In this document: positions 11,201-16,619 of the stretch, piece after piece | Numbering within the stretch: the first letter of the stretch is position 1 | Layout of the letters: each line of letters opens with the position of its first letter | Assembly: GCA_030591405.1 (NCBI GenBank) | Contig: JAUVBC010000001.1 | Location: 1 to 36,658, forward strand | DNA: 36,658 bases | From: Candidatus Zixiibacteriota bacterium | GTDB lineage: Bacteria > Zixibacteria > MSB-5A5 > GN15 > PGXB01 | Direction: 5' to 3' | The notes under the pieces: model-generated | Seen by the model: the letters and a program-made list of their open reading frames with translations, nothing else | What the model was told of the DNA's origin: nothing | Databases searched by the model: none | Made by a program: the position numbers and the translations under genes

Positions 11201-14200
11201 GATTTATCAGATATAACTTTGACAGGATTTAGCTGTGACGATGTTGATGGCAACTTAGTTAGCTGTGAAGTTGACAAAGGAGTCCTCACTGACGGCGAAG
11301 TAATATTCACTCCTGTTGATGGTATCAATGAGATCACATTGACAACTACTGATGAATGCGGTGCGACAACCTCTTGTGTGACTACTATAACTGTAACATT
11401 GAATAGTCCGCCGACAATAACCGCTCCTGAAAATCAGGATATAATGGTTTGTGACTTAAGCGAAATCTGCCTTGATGGATTCTCTTGCGATGATGTTGAC
11501 GACAATATTGTATCTTGTGAAATTACCGGTGCCACGCTTGAAGGAACTACCGCCTGCTTTATTCCTGTTATTGGTGAAAATATTATCAGTATGACCACAA
11601 CTGATGAATGCGGCGAGACTGCCTCACGCGATATTATCTTTAATGTGATAATGAGTCAGATTCCGGAAATTGTTGATCCCGGAAATCAATTTGAGCTACT
11701 CTGCGAGGCCGGCCCGGTTTGCACCGATATTGTTATCATCCCGCCGGAAGCAGTTGTTACCGTGACCGCTTTATTTGGCGAGGCAACAATAGAGGGTACC
11801 TTTGAAGATAATCGCGTCTGTTTTCAGGCCGATGCCGAAGGTATCTATACTGTCACGGTTTTTGCCGAGACACTATGCGGAACGGCATCGGTGACATATA
11901 CGGTTGATGTTGAATTCAATGTCGCTCCGGTTATTAATGCTGGCCCTGACTTTGAATTGTTCCAGTGCGAATTTGTTGAGTACTGCTTCATGCCCGATCT
12001 TCTGGAGGATGCCAACGATAATATAATTTCGGTTGATGTTTCTTATAACGGATTCTATAATGAAACGACCGGTGAAATATGTTTCCTTCCAACTGGAGTT
12101 GGCGAATATTGTCTTGAGATAACGGTTACCGATGATTGTCAGTTAACTGCTTCAGATATAATCTGTATCACCGTTACCAGCGGCGTGGCGGCTGTAATAG
12201 ACTGCCCGACCGGCCCAATTGATACGCTTATCTGTGATCCGGCCGAAATGTGCATTTCGCTGCCGATTACACCGGCAACAGCACAGGTTACGGTTTCTCA
12301 GGGTACTTATGATATCGCAACCGGCAAACTTTGTTTTGATGCCAATTATGCCGGAACCTATGTTATTGATGTTAATGCCGAGGATGCCTGTGGTTCAGAT
12401 TACTGCCAGGTAACGGTTAATGTATTATTTGGAGATAGCGCCAAAATTACCTGTCCTGATCTTCCGGTTTCGGCATCATTATGCGAAGCGGGAATGGTAT
12501 CGGTATTCCTCCCGATTGAACCGGATACCGCTCATGTTACAGTGAGTCCATTTGGCACTTATAATCCTGATACCGATGAATTGACTTTCCAGGCTAATGC
12601 TTCAGGTTTATACGAATTTACAGTTACGGCCGAGGCTCCTTGTCAAACGGTTGAATGCGATATTCAGGTCAATGTCGCCATTGAACAGGCACCGCAGATA
12701 ACTTGTCCTGACGATATTGAGAGAACGGTTTGTCTGCCCACAACTGACGAGATCTGTTTTCCGCTTGAGATAACCGGCTCAGCAGCCGAAGTCACCATTT
12801 CGCCGAATGGCAGCTATGTGGATGGTGTTGTTTGTATTCCGATTGACGATGCCGGAACATATCCGATTGAAATAACAGCGACTAATTTCTGTGGGACCTC
12901 TACCTGTGATGACCTGAATATAATCGTTTATGAAGATATGGCTCCAACTTTGACAGTTCCTGAAGACAGAATTATCTCATCCTGCACCGATGTGATGGAA
13001 GAGATTTGTATTGATGGTATTTACGGTTCGGATCCCGATAGCGATGAATTCACAATTCAGAAAATATCTGGCCCGGGAACATATATATCGGCCGAGGCCG
13101 ATTCCGGATCGGTATGTTTCATTCCGGAAAGCAATGATATAACATATACATTTGTAATTGAATTATTCGATGGATGTCACACCATTGTAGAATCGTTTGA
13201 TGTGACAATCTATCCATCCAACGTTTGCGAGACATGTCTTGAAGTGGCCCTTGAAACTGATACTTGCTATATCGTCGGTTCAACGGTTCCGGTACACGTC
13301 ACGGTGAATGCCATCGAAGAAATCGGCGGGTTTGATCTATTGATCTATTATGACGCTTCGGTTATGGCCTTCTTATCAATTGGACAGGGCGACGCAATAT
13401 CCGAGTGGGAGTATCTGACCTATAGCCATGAAAGTATTACATGCGGTGGCGCCTGCCCAACCGGCATGATTCGTATTATTGGTATTGCCGATCGTACCAT
13501 CCCGATGACGCATCCGCCGCAAGAGCAGTTAACACCTTCGGGAATTATGGTTACCATGAATATGCGTATATCGCGTGATTGGAATATTGGCGGACTCTTC
13601 CTGCCGATGGGATTCTATTGGTTTGACTGTGGCGATAATACTTTCTCTGATCCAACCGGTAACCTTTTATATATGGATGGTATTATATTGGATGCTTTCG
13701 GCGGTGTCGTTTGGGATGAGGCCGATGAGGATCTGTTCCCAGAGGGAAATCGTCAGTTAGGCATTGGTGCCCCGGATTCGTGTCTTGCCGGAGATAAACT
13801 AACTCCGGTTAGATGTGTGTCATTTAAAAACGGCGGTATTTGCGTTATCCATCCAGATGATATTGATGACCGCGGCGATCTCAACCTTAATGGTGTTGCT
13901 TATGAAATTGCTGATGCGGTTGTTTATACCAACTATTTTATACATGGTTTTGCCGCATTCTTGATAAATATTGATGGGCAAACAGCAGCGTCAGAAATTA
14001 ACCGTGACGGAATACCATTAACGGTTGCCGATCTGGTTTATTTGATAAGAATTCTTACCGGTGATGTTCCGCCAAGCCCGAAAGTTGCTCCTCCGGGATC
14101 GGCAGTTAAAATCATGACCCAGATTGAAAATAATAATCTATCGGTCAAGAGTGATGTTAATTATCCGACCGGCGCGGGATTACTTGTTTTCGAATACAGT

Positions 14201-14725
14201 GATGCTGTTCCGGAAATGCCTTCTCTGGGAAGTGTAGCTTCGGATATGGATATAGTTTATAATATCACCGATTCTGAAATAAGGGTTTTGATCTATAGCT
14301 TTGATCTTGATAAGAAAATTGATGTTGGTCAGGGTGATTTGCTGAATTTGAACTTTAGAGGCAACGGCTCTATTCGTCTTACCGAGACCTATTTTGCCGG
14401 CTATTACGGTGAATTGCTGAAGACGGAAATTGTGAATGGCCTGCTACCGGGCGACTTTGTTCTTTCGCAAAACTATCCTAATCCGTTTAATCCGTCAACC
14501 ACTATCAACCTGACGGTTCCAATCGCATGTGACTGGAAGATTGATATATTTAATACCGCCGGACAGGTGGTTAGAACGTATGACGGTGTGACCGAACCTG
14601 GTACCGTATCTATTGTCTGGGATGGTCTCAATTATAACAGACAAAGCGTGGCCACAGGAATATATTTCTACCGGGTTAAAGCTGCAGATTACACCGAAAC
14701 AAGAAAAATGATTCTGCTCAAGTAG
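2168..14725 (+). CDS. giant (4185 aa) secreted Cys-rich repeat surface protein/adhesin with cohesin-like, dockerin-like and T9SS-type C-terminal sorting domains
   Basis: Uninterrupted 12,558-nt ORF. GGAGG lies at 2162..2166. By analogy with the SPFH gene (GGAGG + 4 nt + ATG), the second ATG at 2171 may be the true start. Contains a signal peptide, more than 40 Cys-rich Ig-like modules and a C-terminal NYPNPFNPSTTI...GIYFYRVKA...KMILLK domain. TAG stop at 14723..14725. Confidence 0.92.
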   Translation: MMYRYKITVTALALTFFLLFSLNVFGDVTKDGGISVLADITSGPLRSLCEGCPNYPPEFEPPTQESFSICQGSTIYDTIVVTDIDDWQTLSLSLYSGPGTLTYTPSVSPANGYYEYMPAEEGTFDVVFVATDNESEPVYFTKTYVIYFNRSPIITNGGMIEKVAIIGEELNYDVDATDAEDDPIAFSLISGDGSIDANTGMLTFTPADYGIYEFEVEVSDSCGADTSLVTFDVILGFVLDCPPSSATEFICQPDTLCYPIGGIPEAADVTVEPSSAWFDRDINSICFYTNCSVIKDIKVIVSTENSKCDDCPPVDLDSCMFTVDVTLNSIPIVILPEDQSFWLCDPAEVCVPVGIDDNDDNLTDITVEVSPGGYFGNYSDITGMACFTPPATGVYEMIVTAWDECEAYDVDTINLDVTINTAPTATCSSVQELLVCDLSLVTLSGFVCDDIDGNLVSCMVDNGTLSGNDVTFTPVEGENIITLTATDECGEVTTCQTTVMVTLNSPPTAVCSDIQDLLVCDLSPVTLSGFVCDDIDGNLVNCEIDNGTLTDNDVTFTPVEGENVITLTATDECGVSTICQTIINVALNRAPYVACPPSEDLFVCDLSPITISGFSYIDPDGNMVSAEVNNGELVGGDVTFTPVEGSNNITITITDECGETAKCYTNIMVTLNSAPTASCPPHQELFVCDLSDITIGGFQYEDIDGNIFIAEVDNGTLNGSEVTFTPVNGENLITLTVTDECGETSTCQASVIVTLNSPPTATCPQVNIRALCDLSPHTISGFICDDIDDNLVSCEVDNGALIGDEVTFTPIEGENIITLTATDECGEVTTCQTIFNIVLDVAPTATVPDDQEIFVCDLSPITLDGFICEDRYANLVSCEVDNGTLEGTEVTFTPVVGDNTITLTATDECGNTASNSVVITVTLNNAPTATCPGDQEMFLCDLSEITIPGFVCDDIDGNLVSCEVNNGSLVEDAVTFIPVAGENIITLTATDECGAVVTCQTIITVILNSAPTATCPGDLELFVCDLSEICIDGFICDDIDANLINCDVTGGYFVGQPGRTTISKDGSAVSIESILNVTETNTGDATTPVGETVCFIPVEGTNVITLTATDDCGLETTCQTTVTVTLNNAPTASVPEPDELFVCDLSEITIPGFICDDIDGNLISCEVDNGSLSGDMVSFIPVLGQNTITLTATDECGIVTTNQTTINITMNGAPTVTCPEDLQLQVCDLSPITISGFYVDDTNGNLTFVGVNTGDLVEDMVTFTPVEGENIIILTARDECGEEVTCQTIVNVTLNSAPVVTCPPTQNLLVCDLSSVTLSGFLYEDVDGNIITADVDNGILSGNDVTFIPVEGENIITLTVTDECGEIVTCQTTVNIILNNAPTATTPANQELYLCDLSPITLDGFICNDIDGNLASCEVNNGTINGTEVIFTPVVGNNVIILTATDECGETATSEFSVEVEVAPTFELVCPGDVTKFICGPETLSYPIGGIPFGATVTVTPSSAWFDAETNEVGFYTNCSVEKEIVVTVETDCFTEVCQFTSSVTMNSNPLVVLSPDESHFLCEPAEICFPVGINDIDYNLAEVTIDVQPFDPNAPAASYNEISGKICFTPTTTDKYVVYVTATDECDSSATDSIVIDVVIDSAPTVSCPQDQQLMVCDLSDITISGFVCDDIDGNLISCEVDNGTLIDGSVIFTPVEGENLITLTATNECGKVTSCQTTIMVTLNSAPVVECPVAQDLFVCDLSPITLSGFIYNDVDGNLASYEVDNGTLTGNDVTFTPVVGENVITMTVTDECGAVTACQTIINVTLNTAPTATCPTVAEQFVCDLSPINVAGFVFDDIDGNIVTAGVDNGDLVEGSVIFNPIEGENTITLTVTDECGEIATCQTTIMVTLNTAPAVICPENKTVFACDLSELTIPGFFWNDKDANIASVEVDNGVLIGNNVTFTPVVGENIITFTVTDECGEIASCQAIVMVTLNSAPTVICPTDENLFVCDLSEITIPGFSWDDIDGNLIYTDVDNGLLVGHDVIFTPVVGKNIITFTATDDCGVATNCQTIITVNMNNAPTATCPETQDLFVCDLSDITIPGFSWDDVDGNLIYTEVDNGSLIGHEVVFTPVIGENTITLTVTDECGETATCQTIINVSLNNPPTATCVADQQLEVCDLSPITLRGFICDDIDGNLINCEVDNGELIEDAVTFTPVEGDNFITLTATDECGERVTCQTLITVTLNSAPTVTCPGDQTLFVCDLSPISIPGFNCDDIDGNLVSCEVNNGNKEEDVVTFTPVVGENIITLTATDECGEITTCQTIIIVNLNSAPTATCPGDQELFVCDLSAITLGAFFYDDIDGNLVSYDVDNGLLSGNEVTFTPVAGVNTITLTATDECGEVTTCQTTITVTLNSAPTATCPGDMEKFVCDLSPITLSGFYYDDIDGNLATYEVDNGILNGNEVTFTPIVGENVITLTTIDECGEEANCHVTITVALNSVPTATCPGDQALFVCDLSPITLSGFICDDVDGNLVTCEIDNGTIVDGTVTFTPVVGENIITLIATDECGLINSCQTIISVGLNSPPTASTPEDIQTVACDLSPITIDGFVCDDIDGNLVSCETNFGTLNGTELTFTPVEGLNTIILTATDECGLIATSEFNITVEVTPGFELTCPQSSTIFICEPATLRYPIGGIPEGATVTVVPSSAWFDAATGKVGFYTNCSVVRDIEVYVETECHTEVCQFTVTAIMNSSPLVISVPDTTMTVCENESACIPAGITDIDDNIISITVTDKATGDPIGSYDPISGGICFTPEVSGEYELILEAIDECGAKDADTSRINVTINSAPTATCPGDMELFVCDLSAITLSGFICDDIDGNLVICEVDNGTLTDNAVTFTPVVGLNTIKLTAIDACDDTVTCVSNITITLNSAPTTSTPDDKEMFVCDLSDITLTGFICDDVDGNLVSCEVDNGTLNGNDVTFTPVAGTNTITLTATDECGETSISETIITITLNSAPTVTCAESYEIFVCDLSDITLTGFSCDDVDGNLVSCEVDKGVLTDGEVIFTPVDGINEITLTTTDECGATTSCVTTITVTLNSPPTITAPENQDIMVCDLSEICLDGFSCDDVDDNIVSCEITGATLEGTTACFIPVIGENIISMTTTDECGETASRDIIFNVIMSQIPEIVDPGNQFELLCEAGPVCTDIVIIPPEAVVTVTALFGEATIEGTFEDNRVCFQADAEGIYTVTVFAETLCGTASVTYTVDVEFNVAPVINAGPDFELFQCEFVEYCFMPDLLEDANDNIISVDVSYNGFYNETTGEICFLPTGVGEYCLEITVTDDCQLTASDIICITVTSGVAAVIDCPTGPIDTLICDPAEMCISLPITPATAQVTVSQGTYDIATGKLCFDANYAGTYVIDVNAEDACGSDYCQVTVNVLFGDSAKITCPDLPVSASLCEAGMVSVFLPIEPDTAHVTVSPFGTYNPDTDELTFQANASGLYEFTVTAEAPCQTVECDIQVNVAIEQAPQITCPDDIERTVCLPTTDEICFPLEITGSAAEVTISPNGSYVDGVVCIPIDDAGTYPIEITATNFCGTSTCDDLNIIVYEDMAPTLTVPEDRIISSCTDVMEEICIDGIYGSDPDSDEFTIQKISGPGTYISAEADSGSVCFIPESNDITYTFVIELFDGCHTIVESFDVTIYPSNVCETCLEVALETDTCYIVGSTVPVHVTVNAIEEIGGFDLLIYYDASVMAFLSIGQGDAISEWEYLTYSHESITCGGACPTGMIRIIGIADRTIPMTHPPQEQLTPSGIMVTMNMRISRDWNIGGLFLPMGFYWFDCGDNTFSDPTGNLLYMDGIILDAFGGVVWDEADEDLFPEGNRQLGIGAPDSCLAGDKLTPVRCVSFKNGGICVIHPDDIDDRGDLNLNGVAYEIADAVVYTNYFIHGFAAFLINIDGQTAASEINRDGIPLTVADLVYLIRILTGDVPPSPKVAPPGSAVKIMTQIENNNLSVKSDVNYPTGAGLLVFEYSDAVPEMPSLGSVASDMDIVYNITDSEIRVLIYSFDLDKKIDVGQGDLLNLNFRGNGSIRLTETYFAGYYGELLKTEIVNGLLPGDFVLSQNYPNPFNPSTTINLTVPIACDWKIDIFNTAGQVVRTYDGVTEPGTVSIVWDGLNYNRQSVATGIYFYRVKAADYTETRKMILLK
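2333..2872 (+). other. two cadherin-like / He_PIG-like Ig modules (approximate bounds)
   Basis: IVVTDIDDWQTLSLSLYSGPGTLTY...FDVVFVATDN, then LNYDVDATDAEDDPIAFSLISGDGSIDANTGMLTFTPADYGIYEFEVEVSD. This is the classic 'putative Ig domain' pattern. Confidence 0.5.
2873..3430 (+). other. super-block 1 header (two Cys-rich modules)
   Basis: LDCPPSSATEFICQPDTLCYPIGGIPEAADVTVEPSSAWFD...FYTNCSV, then LCDPAEVCVPVGIDDNDDNL...CFTPPATGVYEMIVTAWDEC. Clear paralogs at 6560.. and 10121.. Confidence 0.7.
3431..6559 (+). repeat. tandem array 1: 12 copies of an 84-aa/252-nt Cys-rich Ig/HYR-like repeat
   Basis: Repeat starts verified at 3431, 3683, 3935 ... 5195. Copy 8 carries a 105-nt insertion, then starts fall at 5552, 5804, 6056 and 6308. 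Consensus: APTATCPGDQELFVCDLSPITLSGFICDDIDGNLVSCEVDNGTL.GN.VTFTPV.GENIITLTATDECGE.TTCQT.I.VTLNS. Confidence 0.9.
6560..7096 (+). other. super-block 2 header (two Cys-rich modules)
   Basis: FELVCPGDVTKFICGPETLSYPIGGIPFGATVTVTPSSAWFDAETNEVGFYTNCSV..., then LCEPAEICFPVGINDIDYNL...CFTPTTTDKYVVYVTATDEC. Paralog of 2873..3430. Confidence 0.7.
7097..10120 (+). repeat. tandem array 2: 12 copies of the 84-aa/252-nt repeat
   Basis: Starts at 7097+252k for k=0..11 (spot-checked at 7097 and 7349; the end falls exactly at 10120). No length variation. Confidence 0.9.
10121..10651 (+). other. super-block 3 header (two Cys-rich modules)
   Basis: GFELTCPQSSTIFICEPATLRYPIGGIPEGATVTVVPSSAWFDAATGKVGFYTNCSV..., then VCENESACIPAGITDIDDNI...CFTPEVSGEYELILEAIDEC. 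Confidence 0.7.
10652..11659 (+). repeat. tandem array 3: 4 copies of the 84-aa/252-nt repeat
   Basis: Starts verified at 10652, 10904, 11156 and 11408. Confidence 0.9.
11660..13237 (+). other. six divergent Cys-rich Ig-like modules (about 80-95 aa each)
   Basis: A recurrent pattern, e.g. ITCPD..LC....C..LPI.P..A.VTVSP.G.Y....CF.A...G.Y...V.A...C....C...VNV. It resembles the header modules rather than the 84-aa repeat. Confidence 0.6.
13238..13700 (+). other. cohesin-like module (approximate bounds)
   Basis: LEVALETDTCYIVGSTVPVHVTVNAIEEIGGFDLLIYYDASVMAFLSIGQGDAISEWEYLTY. This resembles the cohesin family signature (a hydrophobic strand, G.F, then .YD...L.F). Confidence 0.55.
13868..14065 (+). 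other. dockerin-like module (two EF-hand-like segments)
   Basis: DRGDLNLNGVAYEIADAVVYTNYFIHG ... EINRDGIPLTVADLVYLIRILTGD. These are duplicated D/N-x-D/N-x-(D/N)G loops, each followed by a helix, as in dockerins. Confidence 0.55.
14462..14722 (+). other. T9SS type-A C-terminal sorting domain / FlgD-Ig-like domain
   Basis: LSQNYPNPFNPSTTINL...IFNTAGQVVRTY...VWDGLNYNRQSVATGIYFYRVKA...KMILLK. This matches the Por_Secre_tail (TIGR04183) pattern. Confidence 0.8.
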
Positions 14726-14788
14726 ATCTTCTGCAAAGAAGAGATACTTCTGGGCAGATCAACTATAGCAGCCCTATAGAAAAAGAGA

Positions 14789-14820
14789 GTCGGTCAATTC
14801 AATTGGCCGACTTTTATTTT
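14789..14820. terminator. bidirectional rho-independent terminator between convergent genes
   Basis: GTCGGTCAA / TTGGCCGAC form a 9-bp stem with one G-U pair and a 5-nt loop. An A-rich run lies upstream and TTTTATTTT downstream. It sits between the giant gene and rlmH. Confidence 0.7.
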
Positions 14821-15290
14821 TACTTGTGATATTTACTGCCGGATAATATTGAAAAGCCGCGATATAGCTGCTCTAATAGTACCGGCCTGATAATTTGATG
14901 AGACATCGTCATAGGGGAGAGGGATATTATTTCGTGACACGATTTCAAAAATGATTTATCGAGGCCATAAATGCCGCCTATAATAAAGTCGCAGGAACCA
15001 AAACAGTTGTTTGGTAATGTCGATAAACATTTTGAAAATTGTATTGAATTGTAAGGTTTTCCAGAATCGGAAAGAGCGATTTGGTATCGAGATTTTAGTC
15101 TTGGTTTTATTAAATCTGCCTCAAGTGCACTAAGTTCTAACTCGGATAGATTTTTGGAAAGTTTTTTGCCGGGAATAAAATCGAAGGTAAGGACGGTATA
15201 CTTTTGCAGTAGTTTGCTATAATGAGATATAGCTTCATCAACCCATTGGTCTTTATTCTTTCCAATTGAGATTATATTAATTTTTAGCAT
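14820..15290 (-). CDS. rlmH: 23S rRNA (pseudouridine1915-N3)-methyltransferase RlmH (SPOUT family)
   Basis: MLKINIISIGKNK...ISLSPMTMSHQIIRPVLLEQLYRGFSILSGSKYHK is the typical RlmH length and C-terminus. ATG at 15290 overlaps the yjbQ TGA (TGATG). The ORF-track TTG at 15293 is an alternative start. Confidence 0.85.
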   Translation of the reverse strand: MLKINIISIGKNKDQWVDEAISHYSKLLQKYTVLTFDFIPGKKLSKNLSELELSALEADLIKPRLKSRYQIALSDSGKPYNSIQFSKCLSTLPNNCFGSCDFIIGGIYGLDKSFLKSCHEIISLSPMTMSHQIIRPVLLEQLYRGFSILSGSKYHK

Positions 15291-15688
15291 CAATCTGCTA
15301 CTATTTTCAGATATAAGCGTCGATTGCGAGGTCCGTCAAATTCGCAAAAAAGAATTCCCTGCCAGGTTCCCAAAAGTAGTTTCGAATCTGAGACAATTAG
15401 CTGCAGGGTCGGGCCAAAAAGTGATGATTTTATATGCGCATCAGAATTGCCTTCGCCATGATAATAATTATCTTGCTGTGGAATTTCTTTGTTGAGTTTA
15501 TACAGTATATCACGTTTTACATCCGGATCGGCATTTTCATTAATAGTAATAGCTGCTGTTGTATGCGGGACATGAAGATGAACAATTCCATTGCTTATAT
15601 TTTCTGATGCGATTTCTTCTCTTATTAGATGCGTGATATCTATTAATTCTTCGCGTTGGTTTGTCTGTATTTTGAGTTCTTTAAGCAT
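15290..15688 (-). CDS. yjbQ: YjbQ/UPF0047 family protein (secondary thiamine-phosphate synthase-like)
   Basis: VHLHVPHTTAAITINENADPDVKRD...GNSDAHIKSSLFGPTLQLIV...LLLGTWQGILFCEFDGPRNRRLYLKI. The likely start is the ATG at 15688 (MLKELKIQT), embedded in the ftsY end (AATGCTTAA). The ORF-track extension to 15796 overlaps ftsY and is probably not translated. Confidence 0.8.
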   Translation of the reverse strand: MLKELKIQTNQREELIDITHLIREEIASENISNGIVHLHVPHTTAAITINENADPDVKRDILYKLNKEIPQQDNYYHGEGNSDAHIKSSLFGPTLQLIVSDSKLLLGTWQGILFCEFDGPRNRRLYLKIVAD

Positions 15689-16598
15689 TAAATAGCGCCT
15701 CAGCGTAGTTATTGGCATCAAAAGGTTCCAAATCCTCAATACTCTCTCCAAGTCCAATAAAATCAACCGGTACCGAAAGTTCTTCGGCAATAGCAATCAT
15801 CACGCCGCCTTTGGCGGTACCATCAAGTTTGGTGATAATCAGGCTGTCGCATCCGATAGCCTCGATAAATATTTTTACCTGAGAAATAGCATTCTGCCCG
15901 GTTGTTCCATCAATAACCAATCGTGAAAATATCTGTTCAGCCGGAATAACCTTTTCGGTGACCCTGCGAATTTTTTCAAGTTCTTTCATCAGATTTGTTT
16001 TGGTATGAAGTCTGCCAGCCGTATCGATCAATAGGATATCAATTCCACGCGATTTGGCAGCAACTGCGGCATCATAAGCGATAGAGGCGGGGTCTGCGCC
16101 GGTTTGCGCCTTAACGAAGTCTACTCCCGATCTTTCGGCCCAGATGGCGAGCTGTTCAACTGCGGCGGCCCGAAAAGTATCGCAAGCCGCGATCATAACT
16201 TTTTTATTTTGCTTTTTGAAATAATGAGCCAATTTACCGACCGTTGTCGTTTTACCGGTGCCGTTGACTCCGGCAATAAGCCAAACTAATGGTGTTGGAC
16301 TATTTTCAGCAAAAATCTCTCGCCGCTTAGCCGAAAGTATTTTTGATATTTCATCTCTTAATATATTGATGACACCATCAGCATCTGAAATTTTATTCTC
16401 AGATGCTTTTTTCCTGAGATTATCAATTATTTTTTCAGTCGCGGAAATTCCGACATCAGCTTTTAATAAAATCTCCTCGATCTCGTCAATCAAATCATCA
16501 TCTAATTTGCGACCTTTGAGCAGACTACCGATTTGACCAAAAATCGTATCCCGGGTCTTCGTCAGTGATTGTTTTAATTTCTTTAGTGCAGATAACAT
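15681..16598 (-). CDS. ftsY: signal recognition particle receptor FtsY (NG domain only)
   Basis: GVNGTGKTTTVGKLA (G1), DTAGRL (G3), TKLDGTAKGG (G4), plus an N-domain helix bundle. Confidence 0.95.
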   Translation of the reverse strand: MLSALKKLKQSLTKTRDTIFGQIGSLLKGRKLDDDLIDEIEEILLKADVGISATEKIIDNLRKKASENKISDADGVINILRDEISKILSAKRREIFAENSPTPLVWLIAGVNGTGKTTTVGKLAHYFKKQNKKVMIAACDTFRAAAVEQLAIWAERSGVDFVKAQTGADPASIAYDAAVAAKSRGIDILLIDTAGRLHTKTNLMKELEKIRRVTEKVIPAEQIFSRLVIDGTTGQNAISQVKIFIEAIGCDSLIITKLDGTAKGGVMIAIAEELSVPVDFIGLGESIEDLEPFDANNYAEALFNA

Positions 16599-16619
16599 AT
16601 TGTCAGTCCTGATAATTAT

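Noticed and set aside
3431-11659. Strict 252-nt periodicity could superficially suggest a CRISPR-like or satellite array.
   Set aside because: The units are contiguous with no spacers and diverged at about the protein-family level. They are in frame within one ORF and show conserved Cys/Gly/Asp columns. This is a coding tandem-domain array.
3431-11659. Calling the DDIDGN loop of each repeat a canonical DxDxDG calcium-binding motif.
   Set aside because: The first Asp position of the strict motif is occupied by Cys or an aromatic residue, so it is only reminiscent of a Ca loop. It is kept as a hypothesis inside a finding, not as a feature.
15689-15796. N-terminal 35-aa extension of the yjbQ ORF given in the ORF track (start at 15796).
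   Set aside because: The extension overlaps the 3' end of ftsY by more than 100 nt, and YjbQ-family proteins are about 130-140 aa. The internal ATG at 15688 gives 132 aa with a compact start/stop overlap.
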